From Bacillales bacterium (GTDB lineage Bacteria; Bacillota_I; Bacilli_A; RFN20; CAG-449), in NCBI GenBank assembly GCA_029006735.1, contig JAQXGN010000035.1:1-61945 (forward strand): 61,945 bases of DNA, written 5' to 3'. The notes under the pieces were generated by a model, which saw only the letters and a program-made list of their open reading frames with translations, was not told where the DNA came from and searched no databases. Shown here piece after piece: positions 50,560 through 61,945 of this stretch. Both the position numbers and the translations under genes were made by a program. Within the stretch, counting starts at the first letter, position 1. Each line of letters opens with the position of its first letter.

Positions 50560-53500
50560 TTAGAAATTTTGTGTGAAGTCAAAGATTTGTTGATTATCTT
50601 CAATAGATTGAGTTTCTTTTGGAGCAATTTCTTCAAAAACTTCTTCAACTTCGAAATCATCTTTTTCTTCTACTTCATTAGTTAATCCTCTACCTGCAGG
50701 GATTAATTTGCCAACCATAACATTTTCTTTTAAGCCATGGAGACGATCAATCTTTCCTTTAATTGCTGCATCTGTAAGAACTCTTGTTGTTTCTTGGAAT
50801 GATGCTGCAGATAAGAATGATTCTGTATCGAGAGCAGCTTTAGTAATACCAAGAATAATTGGAGTACCATTTGCAGGGCGTTTTCCTGCAAATAAAGCTT
50901 CTTTGTTCTTTTCAGTAAATGTTGTAATATCGACTTTTGTTCCTGGTAACAATGAAGTATCACCTTCATCAAGAATTAAAATCTTTCTTAACATTTGTCT
51001 GACAATAACTTCAATGTGCTTATCAGCAACGTCGATACCATTACCTTTATAAACTTTTTGAACTTCTTTAACGATGTATTTTTCAACTTCAGTTACATTA
51101 GATACATTGAGTAATTCTTTTGGATCTTTTGCACCTTCAGTAATCTTTTGACCACTGACAACAATATCTCCTTCTTTAACTCTTAATCTTGCGCCAAAGT
51201 TAGTGACATCAGAATATTCTTCTAATTCATTTTTAATTGTAAATGAATATCTACCATTTTCTGATTTAATTGATTCGACTTTACCATTAATCTTAGAAAT
51301 CATTGCTTCGCCTTTTGGAGTACGAGCTTCAAATAATTCAGCAACCCTTGGTAAACCTTGAGTAATATCGCCACCAGCGACACCACCAGTATGGAATGTT
51401 CTCATAGTTAATTGAGTACCTGGTTCACCAATTGATTGAGCAGCCATAACACCAACAGCATCGCCTAATTCAACTTCTTTTCCAGTTGCTAAGCAAACAC
51501 CATAACAATGTTTACAGACACCATCTTTAGTTTGACAGCCAAATAATGATCTAATCTCAACTTCTTTAATACCAGCATTAACGATTGCTTTTGCATCTTT
51601 ATCAGTCATGAGTTTGTTACCTTCAACAATAACTTCACCATTTGCATCAACAACATCTCTTACTGTATAACGACCAATTAATCTTTCTTCTAAGGAAACA
51701 ATAGTTTCTTTCTTTTGAGTATTAACGATTTCTGATACTACAAAACCATGATCTGTTCCACAATCTTCTTCTCTAATGATAACATCGTGAGAAACGTCAA
51801 CTAATCTTCTTGTTAAATAACCTGAGTCAGCTGTCTTTAAAGCAGTATCAGCACCACCCTTACGAGCACCGTGAGTAGCAATAAAGAATTCACTAACTGA
51901 AAGACCTTCACGGAAGCAAGTTTTAATTGGTAATTCGATAGTTTCACCAGATGGTTTAGCCATCAAACCACGAAGACCACATAATTGAACGAAGTTAGAT
52001 GTATTACCACGAGCACCAGACTTACTCATCATAAAGATAGGGTTAGTCTTATCCTTTTTAATAATATCTTTTAATACTTTCTCAATATCTGTCTTAACAT
52101 CTGTCCAAATATCAACAACTTGTTTGTGTCTTTCTTCATTTGTTAATAGACCATAGTCATATAAGTTTTGAACTTCTTCAACTTTTTCTTCACCAGCTTT
52201 AATTAAGTCATTCTTTCCTGGAATAACACTAATATCCGCGATAGAAACAGTAATACCTGCAAGAGTCGAATAATGGAAACCTTGATCCTTTAATTTATCA
52301 AGTACATCTGCAGTAGTTTCAGCCCCATAACGTTTAAAGATTTCATCAACAATTTTACCAATATCTTTCTTAATAAATGGATCTCTTGTTGGTTGAGAAG
52401 CAATATATTCTTTAATATTTGTTCCTTTAGGGACAAAGTATGAAATTTGGTTTTCTTTTAAATTTGCCTTTGTAACTTCCATTAAGAATGGGAAATCACT
52501 TGGGAAAATTAAATTGAATAAGACTTTACCAACAGTAGCAACTAAGTAACTATTTAACATCTCATCTGTAAATCCTTCTTTACCCATTACAGAACCTTTT
52601 AATGCAATTCTATTGTGTAAATGGATTTGTTTAGTTTGATAAGCTAAGACTAATTCATCAATACTCTTAAATACTTTACCTTCACTAGCAGCATAATTTT
52701 CATATAATTCTGCTTCAGAAACATCGCCTCTTGCTCTACATTCATCTGCATGTTTGAGGAAATCTTCTTTATTCTTCTCAATTGTTAAGTAATAGTTTCC
52801 TAAAATCATATCTTGAGAAGGAGTACAAATTGGCTTACCATCTTTAGGACCTAAGATGTTCTTAGATGCTAACATTAAATCGAGAGCTTCTTGTTGAGCT
52901 GATTTAGAAAGAGGTACGTGAACTGCCATTTGGTCACCATCGAAGTCAGCGTTGAATCCAGCACAGACTAATGGGTGTAAACGAATTGCCCTACCATTAA
53001 CAAGAACTGGTTTAAATGCTTGAATACCTAAACGGTGAAGTGTAGGAGCACGGTTTAATAAAACTGGGTGTTCTTTAACAACTCTTTCAACAATAGACCA
53101 TACTCTGTCATCATAATGATCAATCATCTTATTTGCTTGTTTATGAGAAGTTGCGATACCTTCTTTAATCATAATTGCAGCAATGAATGGTCTAAATAAT
53201 TGAATTGCCATTTCTCTTGGAATACCACATTGATACATTTTTAAGAATGGACCAACTGCAATAACTGAACGTCCTGAATAGTCAACACGTTTTCCTAATA
53301 AGTTTTGTCTGAAACGACCTTGTTTACCTTTTAATGTTGAAGATAAAGATTTTAAAGCTCTTCCACCTGGACCAGTAACTGGTTTTGTTCTTCTACCGTT
53401 ATCAATTAATGCATCGACTGCTTCTTGAAGCATACGTTTTTCATTCATTAAAATAACGTCTGGTGCATTCATATCAATTTCACGTTTTAAACGTGAGTTA

Positions 53501-54426
53501 CGAGTAATTACTCTACGATATAAATCGTTTAAATCAGAAGTAGCAAATCTACCACCATCAAGTTGTAACATTGGTCTTAAATCTGGTGGAATGACTGGTA
53601 AAACATCTAATACCATCCATTCAGGACGATTGTTAGAGTTTCTAAATGCTTCAACACATTCGAGTCTCTTATAAAGAGCAGCTTTATTTTGTTTTGAAGT
53701 GTTCTTTTTGATTTCTTCAGAAATTTCACTAAATTCTTTATCTAAATCAACTTCGCTTAATAAACGTTTAATTGCTTCTGCACCAGAGCCAAATTCTGCG
53801 CCTGTAAATTTTGAAATAAAGTTTGCAGTTGAAGTGAAATTAAATGTTTCTTGTGGGTTTTGCATTCTAGCAATTAATTCTTCTGCTCTATTATAATCAT
53901 AAGTTCCTGGTTCTAATCCTAATTGAATTTCTCTGATAGCATCAACAAATTCAATACGTGCTTTCTTTTCATCGATAACATCACGATATTTTAAAACACT
54001 TGATGTTCCTGGATTCAAACAAATACGAGAAACGAAGTAAATAACTTCTTCTAATTGTTTTGGTGATACTTGAAGGATTAAACTCATTCTTGAAGGAGTT
54101 CCTTTTAAGTACCAAATATGTGCACATGGAGAACATAATTCAATATGTCCCATTCTTTCTCTACGGACTGCTTTTGTTGTAACTTCTACGCCACATTTTT
54201 CACAAACCATTCCAGAGAATCTAATCTTTTTATATTTACCACAATGACATTCATAGTCTTTTGCAGGTCCGAAAATTCTTTCACAGAATAATCCTTCCAT
54301 TTCTGGTTTTTGAGAACGGTAGTTAATTGTTTCTGGCTTTTTTACTTCGCCATATGACCATTCTCTAATTTTTTCAGGAGATGCGAGGCCGACTTGAATA
54401 GCGGCTAAATTATTAACATCAAACAT
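50560..54426 (-). CDS. rpoC: RNA polymerase beta' subunit
   Basis: [34 protein letters not shown]. Confidence 0.99.
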   Translation of the reverse strand: MFDVNNLAAIQVGLASPEKIREWSYGEVKKPETINYRSQKPEMEGLFCERIFGPAKDYECHCGKYKKIRFSGMVCEKCGVEVTTKAVRRERMGHIELCSPCAHIWYLKGTPSRMSLILQVSPKQLEEVIYFVSRICLNPGTSSVLKYRDVIDEKKARIEFVDAIREIQLGLEPGTYDYNRAEELIARMQNPQETFNFTSTANFISKFTGAEFGSGAEAIKRLLSEVDLDKEFSEISEEIKKNTSKQNKAALYKRLECVEAFRNSNNRPEWMVLDVLPVIPPDLRPMLQLDGGRFATSDLNDLYRRVITRNSRLKREIDMNAPDVILMNEKRMLQEAVDALIDNGRRTKPVTGPGGRALKSLSSTLKGKQGRFRQNLLGKRVDYSGRSVIAVGPFLKMYQCGIPREMAIQLFRPFIAAIMIKEGIATSHKQANKMIDHYDDRVWSIVERVVKEHPVLLNRAPTLHRLGIQAFKPVLVNGRAIRLHPLVCAGFNADFDGDQMAVHVPLSKSAQQEALDLMLASKNILGPKDGKPICTPSQDMILGNYYLTIEKNKEDFLKHADECRARGDVSEAELYENYAASEGKVFKSIDELVLAYQTKQIHLHNRIALKGSVMGKEGFTDEMLNSYLVATVGKVLFNLIFPSDFPFLMEVTKANLKENQISYFVPKGTNIKEYIASQPTRDPFIKKDIGKIVDEIFKRYGAETTADVLDKLKDQGFHYSTLAGITVSIADISVIPGKNDLIKAGEEKVEEVQNLYDYGLLTNEERHKQVVDIWTDVKTDIEKVLKDIIKKDKTNPIFMMSKSGARGNTSNFVQLCGLRGLMAKPSGETIELPIKTCFREGLSVSEFFIATHGARKGGADTALKTADSGYLTRRLVDVSHDVIIREEDCGTDHGFVVSEIVNTQKKETIVSLEERLIGRYTVRDVVDANGEVIVEGNKLMTDKDAKAIVNAGIKEVEIRSLFGCQTKDGVCKHCYGVCLATGKEVELGDAVGVMAAQSIGEPGTQLTMRTFHTGGVAGGDITQGLPRVAELFEARTPKGEAMISKINGKVESIKSENGRYSFTIKNELEEYSDVTNFGARLRVKEGDIVVSGQKITEGAKDPKELLNVSNVTEVEKYIVKEVQKVYKGNGIDVADKHIEVIVRQMLRKILILDEGDTSLLPGTKVDITTFTEKNKEALFAGKRPANGTPIILGITKAALDTESFLSAASFQETTRVLTDAAIKGKIDRLHGLKENVMVGKLIPAGRGLTNEVEEKDDFEVEEVFEEIAPKETQSIEDNQQIFDFTQNF

Positions 54427-54441
54427 ATTCTAATCTACCTC

Positions 54442-57400
54442 CTATAGTTCTTCATCGGAAACAACTCGAGCATCTGAAGTCATTTCTCTAACTTCATTAT
54501 TGATCTTTCTTGTTTCACGTTCATTTTCTTTTGAAAGTTTTGACGTATCAATTTCATTATTTTCGTTATCGAATAATTTAACATTGATTGCAAGTGATTG
54601 TAATTCTTTTACTAAAACACGGAATGCTTCTGGCATACCTGGTTTTGGAATTGAATTACCTTTAATAATAGCTTCATATGATTTTGCTCTACCAACCATA
54701 TCATCTGATTTGAGAGTGATAATTTCTTGTAAAATATGAGCAGCTCCATAAGCTTCAAGAGCCCAAACTTCCATTTCACCAAATCTTTGACCACCATTTT
54801 GTGCTTTACCACCTAAAGGTTGTTGTGTGACTAATGAATATGGACCTGTTGAACGAGCGTGTAATTTATCGTCAACCATGTGAACGAGTTTAATCATATA
54901 CATGACACCAACAGAGATTCTTTCATCAAATCTATCACCTGTACGTCCATCATATAAAACTGTTTTTCCGTCTGGATCCATACCTGCTTTTGCCATTAAA
55001 TCAAATACTTCTTCATTAGAAATACCATCAAAGACTGGAGTAGCAATATGTAATCCTAATTTCTTACAAGCCATACCTAAGTGCATTTCAAGAATTTGGC
55101 CAATGTTCATACGTGAAGGAACACCTAATGGGTTTAACATGATATCAACTGGTGTACCATCTGGTAAATATGGCATATCTTCGACTGGAAGAATTCTAGA
55201 GATAACACCTTTGTTACCATGTCTACCTGACATCTTATCACCTTCAGAGATTTTTCTTTTTTGAGCGATATAAACCTTAATTACTTCATTAACACCTGCT
55301 GGTAATTCAGCACCTTGATCACGTTTAAATCTCTTGACGTCAATGACAATACCTGCACCACCATGTGGAACTTTTAATGATGTATCTTTACCATCTTTAG
55401 TCTTTTCTGCAAAGATTGCCATTAATAATTTTTCTTCTGGAGTTGGTTCTGTTAAACCTTTTGGGGTAATCTTACCAACTAAATAATCATCTTCTTTAAC
55501 TTCTGAACCTGGAATAATGATACCCTCTGCATCTAAATTTGCTTTTGCATCTTCAGAAAGGTTTGGAATATCACGTGTGATTTCTTCATCACCAAGCTTT
55601 GTAGTACGGCATTCAATTGAATATTCTTCAATATGAATTGAAGTATAAACATCATCTTTTACTAATCTTTCAGACATAATAACAGCATCTTCATAGTTAT
55701 AACCATTCCATGTCATGAATGCGATAGTAACGTTTTGTCCTAATGCTAAATCGCCATTATCCATTGCTGGACCATCTGCGATGACATCACCTTTTTTAAC
55801 TTTATCACCAACGTGAACAATTGGTGTTTGGTTAATACAAGTGCCTGAGTTAGAACGGACAAACTTTTGTAAAACATAATTAATTGATTCGCCAGTTTCA
55901 TCACTCTTAACAACAATATGTTTTGAATCCATTTCTGTAACAACACCATCGAAAGATGCTGTAACTGCAGCACCTGAGTCATGTGCAATATTATATTCAA
56001 TACCTGTTCCAACAAATGGAGCATGTGGTTTTAAAAGTGGTAAAGCTTGACGTTGCATGTTAGCACCCATTAAAGCACGGTGGTTATCATCGTTTTCAAG
56101 GAATGGAATACATGCAGCAGCAATAGATAAAATTTGTTTTGGTGAGGCATCAACATAGTCGATCATTTCTCTTGGGGCCATAACGTTTTCACCATTATAA
56201 CGAGCGATAACATAATCATCTAAAATTTCACCATCAACAATTCTATTTGAAGCATGAGCAATATAGTGATTTCTTTCTTTATCTGCAGATAAATATTCTG
56301 TTTCTTCTAAAACTTTATGTGTGACTTTATCTACTTTACGATAAGGAGTTTCAATAAAACCAAATTCATTAATTTTTGCATAACATGCTAAATTGTTAAT
56401 TAAACCAATGTTTTGACCTTCTGGAGTTTCAATTGGACAAATACGACCATAGTGTGAAGTATGAACATCACGAACTTCCATAGAAGCACGATCTCTAGTT
56501 AAACCGCCAGGGCCTAAAGCTGATAATCTTCTCTTATTTGCTAATTCAGCAAGAGGATTAACTTGGTCCATAAATTGAGATAATTGTGAAGAAGCAAAGA
56601 ATTCTTTAATTGCTGCAGTTAATGGACGAATATTTGTTAAGTTTTGTGGTGTTACAACTCCTTCAGTAGCAAGTGACATTTTTTCCTTAACTGTTCTTTC
56701 CATACGTGATAAACCAATTCTAAATTGATTTTGAATTAATTCACCAACACAACGGATTCTTCTGTTTCCTAAATGGTCGATATCATCTGTATCGCCAAAT
56801 CCCTCAATAATATTCATAAAATATGAGAAGCAAGCAAACATATCAGAAATGGTGACATATGGAACATCAATGTTTAAATCTGTACCAATAATATTGACTG
56901 CTTTTTCACATTTTTCATCTGCATAAACTAAAACTTTTGTAACACGATTATGATTGTCTAATAAATTATTGAATGGTAATTCAACTAAATGAGCACCATT
57001 TTCAAAGAATCTTTCTTCTTGTAATTTTTCAATAATTTCTTTTGTCATTTCAGTTCCAGCATCATAGATTACTTCGCCATCACATGAAACTAATGGTTCA
57101 GCGATAACTCTATTAGCTAAACGATTATATACGCCTAACTTTTTATTATATTTAAATCTACCTGCTTTCCCTAAATCATAATGCTTATGATCGAAAAATT
57201 TAGATCTAAAGAAACTTGCAGCACTATCATTTGGAGCTGGTTCACCTGGTCTTAATCTAGCATAAATGTCAAGAAGTGCTTGTGCAGATGTTCTAGATTC
57301 AGCATTTACGAATGATTCTTTTTCTTTTTCGATTGTGTTTAATAATTGATCGGTATTACCGAATAAATCAATCATCATATCATAATCTAAGATTCCTATT

Positions 57401-57999
57401 GCTCTTAAAAGAATTGTAACAGGCATTTTTCTAGTTCTATCAATACGAACAGATAAAATGTCTTTTGCATCAGATTCAAATTGTAACCATGTACCTCTAG
57501 TTGGGATTAAATCTCCACCATAAATGTACTTACCTGATTTGTCTCTTTCTTTCTTCATATATGCGCCTGGGGAACGAACAAGTTGTGAAACAATTGCTCT
57601 TTCAGCGCCATTAATAATGAATGTTCCAGAATCAGTCATTAATGGGAAATCACCCATGAAGACTTCGTTCTCTTTTATTTCGCCTGTGCCTTTATTAATT
57701 AATCTTAAAGTGACCTTTAATGGTGCACTATAAGTTAAATCACAAGATTTACATTCGATGAAAGTATATTTTGGTTTATCAAATCTACAACTAACGTATT
57801 CAATAATTAATTTGTCATTACGATCTGCGATTGGATAAACATCCCTAAACACTTCATCAATGCCTTCTTCTAAAAGCCATTTGAAAGACTTTGTTTGAAT
57901 TTCGACTAAATTTGGTAAAGATAATTTACCTGAAATCTTAGAAAAGTCAATTCGATTATTATGAAGGTACTTATAATCTTTTTGTAAATTTTTGCTCAT
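54442..57999 (-). CDS. rpoB: RNA polymerase beta subunit
   Basis: [31 protein letters not shown]; ATG 57999 after AAGGGAG. Confidence 0.99.
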   Translation of the reverse strand: MSKNLQKDYKYLHNNRIDFSKISGKLSLPNLVEIQTKSFKWLLEEGIDEVFRDVYPIADRNDKLIIEYVSCRFDKPKYTFIECKSCDLTYSAPLKVTLRLINKGTGEIKENEVFMGDFPLMTDSGTFIINGAERAIVSQLVRSPGAYMKKERDKSGKYIYGGDLIPTRGTWLQFESDAKDILSVRIDRTRKMPVTILLRAIGILDYDMMIDLFGNTDQLLNTIEKEKESFVNAESRTSAQALLDIYARLRPGEPAPNDSAASFFRSKFFDHKHYDLGKAGRFKYNKKLGVYNRLANRVIAEPLVSCDGEVIYDAGTEMTKEIIEKLQEERFFENGAHLVELPFNNLLDNHNRVTKVLVYADEKCEKAVNIIGTDLNIDVPYVTISDMFACFSYFMNIIEGFGDTDDIDHLGNRRIRCVGELIQNQFRIGLSRMERTVKEKMSLATEGVVTPQNLTNIRPLTAAIKEFFASSQLSQFMDQVNPLAELANKRRLSALGPGGLTRDRASMEVRDVHTSHYGRICPIETPEGQNIGLINNLACYAKINEFGFIETPYRKVDKVTHKVLEETEYLSADKERNHYIAHASNRIVDGEILDDYVIARYNGENVMAPREMIDYVDASPKQILSIAAACIPFLENDDNHRALMGANMQRQALPLLKPHAPFVGTGIEYNIAHDSGAAVTASFDGVVTEMDSKHIVVKSDETGESINYVLQKFVRSNSGTCINQTPIVHVGDKVKKGDVIADGPAMDNGDLALGQNVTIAFMTWNGYNYEDAVIMSERLVKDDVYTSIHIEEYSIECRTTKLGDEEITRDIPNLSEDAKANLDAEGIIIPGSEVKEDDYLVGKITPKGLTEPTPEEKLLMAIFAEKTKDGKDTSLKVPHGGAGIVIDVKRFKRDQGAELPAGVNEVIKVYIAQKRKISEGDKMSGRHGNKGVISRILPVEDMPYLPDGTPVDIMLNPLGVPSRMNIGQILEMHLGMACKKLGLHIATPVFDGISNEEVFDLMAKAGMDPDGKTVLYDGRTGDRFDERISVGVMYMIKLVHMVDDKLHARSTGPYSLVTQQPLGGKAQNGGQRFGEMEVWALEAYGAAHILQEIITLKSDDMVGRAKSYEAIIKGNSIPKPGMPEAFRVLVKELQSLAINVKLFDNENNEIDTSKLSKENERETRKINNEVREMTSDARVVSDEEL

Positions 58000-58398
58000 T
58001 GCAAATCTCCCTTCTAAAAAATTATTTTTTTTATTCACAATACAATTAATAATCTTTGCACTATGTTATTTTTATCGTTATTTATTAAGTAAGGCGACTC
58101 CGCCCAATTAGTTGATTATCAATTTTAGTGAATAATATGATTTCCTACACACGCACCCATACGCTTAAGCGCGCGCGACAAGATAATCAAAAAATATAAA
58201 ATAAGCCCCTGGGTATCAATAAAACATCAATACGATTATCGATAAATCGACCTGATAAATTTGTTAAAATTAATCTAACAAAAGGGCCCTTTATCAGTTA
58301 AATAAAATATTAATATTAAGGATTTTACATATTAATTTATCTATAAATACTATTAAAGTATAAATAAGGTACAAAATATTCTAACCCTTAAAATTGAC

Positions 58399-58426
58399 AA
58401 AAACCCACCCCATAAAGGGGTGAGTT
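58399..58426 (-). terminator. Intrinsic terminator after rplL
   Basis: AACTCACCCC/GGGGTGGGTT stem plus TTTTT. Confidence 0.88.
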
Positions 58427-58449
58427 AAATTTAAATTGTTGAACTAAAA

Positions 58450-58824
58450 TTACTTAATTTCAACTTCTGCACCAGCAGCAACAAGAGCTTTCTTGTGTTC
58501 TTCTGCTTCGACTGGAGAGATATGTTCTTTGATGTTTGATGGGCAAGCATCGACTAATTTCTTAGCATCGATTAAGCCTAAGCCTGTAATAGCTTGAACT
58601 GCTTTAATAACTGCAACTTTTGAAGCACCGAATGATTTTAAGACTAAGTTAACTTCTGTTGGTCCTTTTGGAGCTTCTTCTTCTGCAGGAGCTGCTGCTG
58701 CTGCAACTGGAGCTGCTGCTGTAACACCGAATTCTTCTTCGATAGCTTTTACTAAGTCATTTAATTCTAAAACTGTCATTTCTTTAATTGAAGCAATGAT
58801 TTCTTCATTTGTTAATTTTGCCAT
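58450..58824 (-). CDS. rplL: 50S ribosomal protein L7/L12
   Basis: [34 protein letters not shown]. Confidence 0.99.
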   Translation of the reverse strand: MAKLTNEEIIASIKEMTVLELNDLVKAIEEEFGVTAAAPVAAAAAPAEEEAPKGPTEVNLVLKSFGASKVAVIKAVQAITGLGLIDAKKLVDACPSNIKEHISPVEAEEHKKALVAAGAEVEIK

Positions 58825-58859
58825 TTTAATTTTCCTCCTATATGTGAATTAATGGTTTA

Positions 58860-59345
58860 CTATTGTTTGTCTGCAACAGCTTTGACTGCACATGCGAAGC
58901 CTCTGACTGGTGCTTGTAATACAGAGAGTAACATTGATAATAATCCTTCTCTGCCTGGAAGTTTTGATAATGCGATAACATCATCTTTTCCAACAACTCT
59001 GCCATCAACAATAGCTGCTTTGATGACTAAGTTTTCATGAGTTTTTGCAAACTTTGTTGCAATTTTTGCTGCACTAATTGAATCTTTTGAATAGATAACA
59101 GCGTTTGGTCCTTCTAAATATTGTTTGATTTCAGAATAACCACAAGCATCTGCTGCTCTGTCGACTAAAGTGTTTTTATAAACACTCATTTTTGAATCTG
59201 CTTTTAATAAATTTCTCTTTAAATCCATGATTTCTGAAACTTTTAAACCACGATATTCAACGATAACTACAGAAGCTGATTCTTTTAAAATATTTGAAAC
59301 TTCGTCAACAACTGCTTTCTTTTGTTCTAAAACGTTTTGATTCAT
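58860..59345 (-). CDS. rplJ: 50S ribosomal protein L10
   Basis: EYRGL, VYKNTL, LEGP, LPGREGLLSML. Confidence 0.99.
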   Translation of the reverse strand: MNQNVLEQKKAVVDEVSNILKESASVVIVEYRGLKVSEIMDLKRNLLKADSKMSVYKNTLVDRAADACGYSEIKQYLEGPNAVIYSKDSISAAKIATKFAKTHENLVIKAAIVDGRVVGKDDVIALSKLPGREGLLSMLLSVLQAPVRGFACAVKAVADKQ

Positions 59346-59359
59346 TTAATTGCACCTCC

Positions 59360-59490
59360 TTCTTCTTAGATTTTTGTTGTATAGGCATCAATATACGGAG
59401 TTTTCCTATTGTTTAATGAAATATATTAATTCAAATAGTTACCTCGGCAACATTATTAAGCCCCTTGGCCGTTGCTGTCTATGGTATATT
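59360..59490 (-). promoter_or_regulatory. L10 leader (ribosomal leader)
   Basis: AGACAGCAAC...TTAATAATGTTGCCGAGGT upstream of rplJ matches the Firmicutes L10-leader core (AGACAG...GCCGAGG). Confidence 0.85.
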
Positions 59491-59510
59491 GTAGCTTTCT
59501 AAATAATTAA

Positions 59511-60194
59511 TTAACGACCAATTGAGATTTTAATTGCTGGACCCATTGTTGTATGGATAACACAATTTTTAACGTATTGGCCCTTAACCGATGCTGGTTT
59601 AATTCTTAAAATAGTATCAATAACTGCATTAAGATTATCAGCAATTACGTTTGCATCAAATGATGCACGAGCGATTGAAACGTGAATGTTTCCTGTTTTA
59701 TCTGTACGGTATTCAACTTTACCAGCTTTAATTTCTTTAATAGCTTGGCCAATATTCATTGTTACTGTACCAGTTTTTGGGTTTGGCATTAATCCTTTAG
59801 GACCTAATAAACGACCCATTTTACCTAATTCAGCCATCATATCTGGAGTAGCAACGATGATGTCGAATCCGAACCAGTTTTCTCTTTGAATTTTTTCGAG
59901 CATATCTTTATCACCGACAAAATCTGCTCCTGCTTCCTTAGCTTCTTCTGTTTTTGAACGAGTAACAGCTAAGATTTTCTTTGTTTTACCGTTTCCGTGT
60001 GGGAGAACGATTGTACCTCTTAATTGTTGATCAGCGTATTTTGGATCGACATTTAAGCGGAATGAAACGTCTACAGTTGCATCAAATTTAACTGTTGATG
60101 TTTCTTTAACTAATGTACATGCTTCATCAACTGTATAAAGTTTTGTTGTATCTACTTTAGCAGCTGCTGCAGTATACTTTTTACCTCTTTTCAT
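59511..60194 (-). CDS. rplA: 50S ribosomal protein L1
   Basis: [26 protein letters not shown]. Confidence 0.99.
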   Translation of the reverse strand: MKRGKKYTAAAAKVDTTKLYTVDEACTLVKETSTVKFDATVDVSFRLNVDPKYADQQLRGTIVLPHGNGKTKKILAVTRSKTEEAKEAGADFVGDKDMLEKIQRENWFGFDIIVATPDMMAELGKMGRLLGPKGLMPNPKTGTVTMNIGQAIKEIKAGKVEYRTDKTGNIHVSIARASFDANVIADNLNAVIDTILRIKPASVKGQYVKNCVIHTTMGPAIKISIGR

Positions 60195-60209
60195 TTCTTG
60201 TTCCTCCTT

Positions 60210-60237
60210 GTGGTATTAGCGGGGGTTTCCCTTCCAC
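60210..60237 (-). promoter_or_regulatory. L1-binding RNA site before rplA
   Basis: GTGGAAGGG...CCGCTAATACCAC immediately 5' of the SD; typical shape of an L1 autoregulatory site. Confidence 0.8.
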
Positions 60238-60240
60238 TGA

Positions 60241-60654
60241 TTAGTCTTTAATTGCAATGCCCATGTTACGTGCTGTACCTGCAATAATTTTTTCAGCAGC
60301 TTCTACATCGTAGCAGTTTAAATCTGGCATTTTGTATTCAGCAATTTTTCTTAATTGAGCACTTGTAATTGTGCCGACAATGCTAGCTTTTGCACTAGCT
60401 GATCCTTTTTTAACTCCAGCTTCTTTTAATAATAATTCAGCAACTGGGCTTGTTTTGATGACATAATCAAATGATTTGTCTTCATAAGCTGTAATAATAA
60501 CTGGGACTGTTTGACCTTGTCTATCTGCAGTCTTTGCATTAAAGTCTGTACAGAATTTAGGCATCATAATACCAGCAGATGCTAGTTTTGGTCCTGGTTT
60601 TGCTTGTCCACCTGGGATTTCAAGTTTTACAACTTTTGCGATTTTCTTACTCAC
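60241..60654 (-). CDS. rplK: 50S ribosomal protein L11
   Basis: FCTDFN, KMPDLN, IAGTARNMGI; GTG 60654 is correctly spaced from AGGAGG. Confidence 0.98.
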   Translation of the reverse strand: MSKKIAKVVKLEIPGGQAKPGPKLASAGIMMPKFCTDFNAKTADRQGQTVPVIITAYEDKSFDYVIKTSPVAELLLKEAGVKKGSASAKASIVGTITSAQLRKIAEYKMPDLNCYDVEAAEKIIAGTARNMGIAIKD

Positions 60655-60687
60655 GTGACACACCTCCTATAGTTCTTTGTCCGTGCT

Positions 60688-60733
60688 GTGGTAAACGGGT
60701 TGATATTACTTTATAAGTAATAAATCCTTCCAC
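60688..60733 (-). promoter_or_regulatory. L1-binding RNA site before rplK
   Basis: GTGGAAGG-[hairpin TATTACTT/AAGTAATA]-CCCGTTTACCAC. Confidence 0.78.
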
Positions 60734-60787
60734 TGCGCAATATTGATGGTTAATCTACTTCTACTCAAGCGATAACCATGCTGTATT

Positions 60788-60816
60788 AGTATAACTAATA
60801 TAGGATTACATTGCAA
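60788..60816 (-). promoter_or_regulatory. SigA-type promoter of rplK
   Basis: TTGCAA-17 nt-TATACT. Confidence 0.75.
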
Positions 60817-60884
60817 GTATTTTTTTGAAAACTTTCATAATCTATAAGATTATTTTATAGAAAAACTACAAATAATATTGTTTG

Positions 60885-61715
60885 ATGAGGATAATTTCAA
60901 ATTTAATACAACGCTTCTACGCGTTTCTTAACAATAAAAAAACAAGGCGTTTCATTGAATGGATTACTCTTTCAGGTAATCAAGGAATTGGGCCTTCTTC
61001 CTTGGCGTATTATTTAGTTATTTCTCTTGTTCCAATATCAACAATGATAGTATTAATACTATCAATATTCGATTTTTCTAACGATTATGTTGCTATTCTT
61101 TTAAAGCAAATTCCCATCATCGGAGATTTGGATTTATTGAAAATTAAGGACCAGTTATTAGATAATAATCCCTATTTTATTTCTATAATAATCTCCCTTT
61201 TTTTTACAATATTTCTCGCTAGTAAAAGCACATATTCATTTTTAAAAAATTATGAGAATAATACAGGCGAAAAAGCAAAGAAAAGCCACTATATTCAAAA
61301 AAGATTTTATAGTGTGATTTTTACTATTATTTACGAAATATTATTTGCTTTTTTTATTGTATTTTTAACCTTTTTTCAATATAAAATAGGCATAATTTTT
61401 CATATAAAAATATTAATCGAAATATGCCTATCTATATTATTTTTATTTATATTTTTTTGCTCATTATTTTCTCTTCCTTATGGAAGAAAGTTGCGTTTTA
61501 AGCAAGTATATTTAGGTGCAATTTTTTCTACAATTTCTACACTTGTTTGTTTGAGTGCCTATACGTATTATTTATCCTTTATTACACGTGCTCACGTGTA
61601 TTATGGATCTTTATCAAACTTTATTTTTTTGTTGCTTCTATTATATTATTGCGCTTATCTATCATTATTAGGCAGTCATTTAAATCATCTAAAATATCAT
61701 AAGCAAAATATATAA
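60885..61715 (+). CDS. YihY/BrkB family membrane protein
   Basis: LAYY...SL.P, GA.FS, YYGSL...LL...Y......LLG; about 6 TM. Confidence 0.85.
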   Translation: MRIISNLIQRFYAFLNNKKTRRFIEWITLSGNQGIGPSSLAYYLVISLVPISTMIVLILSIFDFSNDYVAILLKQIPIIGDLDLLKIKDQLLDNNPYFISIIISLFFTIFLASKSTYSFLKNYENNTGEKAKKSHYIQKRFYSVIFTIIYEILFAFFIVFLTFFQYKIGIIFHIKILIEICLSILFLFIFFCSLFSLPYGRKLRFKQVYLGAIFSTISTLVCLSAYTYYLSFITRAHVYYGSLSNFIFLLLLLYYCAYLSLLGSHLNHLKYHKQNI

Positions 61716-61735
61716 GTTACCTTTATTTTTGTTTT

Positions 61736-61945
61736 TTATTCAAACAATTGTTTACTTCCATCGTTATAAGAATATTCATATTTTTTGTTTCCTTCTTCAT
61801 CAACAATTTCACGAATATGAAATACTCCTACCTTACCATCTATATTGTATCTAACTTTTAATTTTGCTATATTCTCTTTTTCTTCTCTTTCTACAATATA
61901 GTATCCTTTTGAAGATCCACTACGGAATTCCAATGCATATTCTGT
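61736..61945 (-). CDS. Hypothetical protein, 3' end only
   Basis: The frame stays open to the window edge (TEYALEFRSG...), so the start lies outside the window. Confidence 0.6.
   Translation of the reverse strand, partial: TEYALEFRSGSSKGYYIVEREEKENIAKLKVRYNIDGKVGVFHIREIVDEEGNKKYEYSYNDGSKQLFE

Noticed and set aside
60885-61715. YihY/BrkB as a virulence factor
   Set aside because: The family is widespread in non-pathogens and nothing in the context supports a virulence role.

Overview
A low-GC bacterial chromosome segment read in the standard code (table 11), with nearly all genes on the minus strand. It holds the core informational clusters rplK-rplA-rplJ-rplL-rpoB-rpoC and S10-spc-alpha (rpsJ to rplQ), followed by ecfA1-ecfA2-ecfT-truA. 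Between these lie about 28 kb of mixed genes: secG-rnr-smpB, an Ami/Opp-type ABC transporter operon, TPP- and THF-riboswitch-controlled ECF S-components (thiT, folT), thiN, tdk, a gerQ homolog, and a tRNA-modification run (tsaE-tsaB-rimI-tsaD-GT-C-tgt-queA-queH). The right end of an ISAs1 element sits at the left edge. Mollicute-like signatures (no rpmD in spc, L11 lacking the PAPP motif, RpoB H526N) together with a spore-coat gene suggest an uncultured reduced-genome Bacilli lineage such as RFN20/RF39; this is inference. The most unusual item is a heavily remodelled Opp/Ami system: a circularly permuted OppA, an OppB with an inserted CBM-like module, an OppD with a ~235-aa coiled-coil insertion, and a degenerate ApbE-like gene downstream. 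Next is a THF riboswitch variant lacking its pseudoknot-site ligand nucleotides, in front of a FolT fused to an extra N-terminal domain. All family assignments come from motifs recognised by eye; no searches were run.
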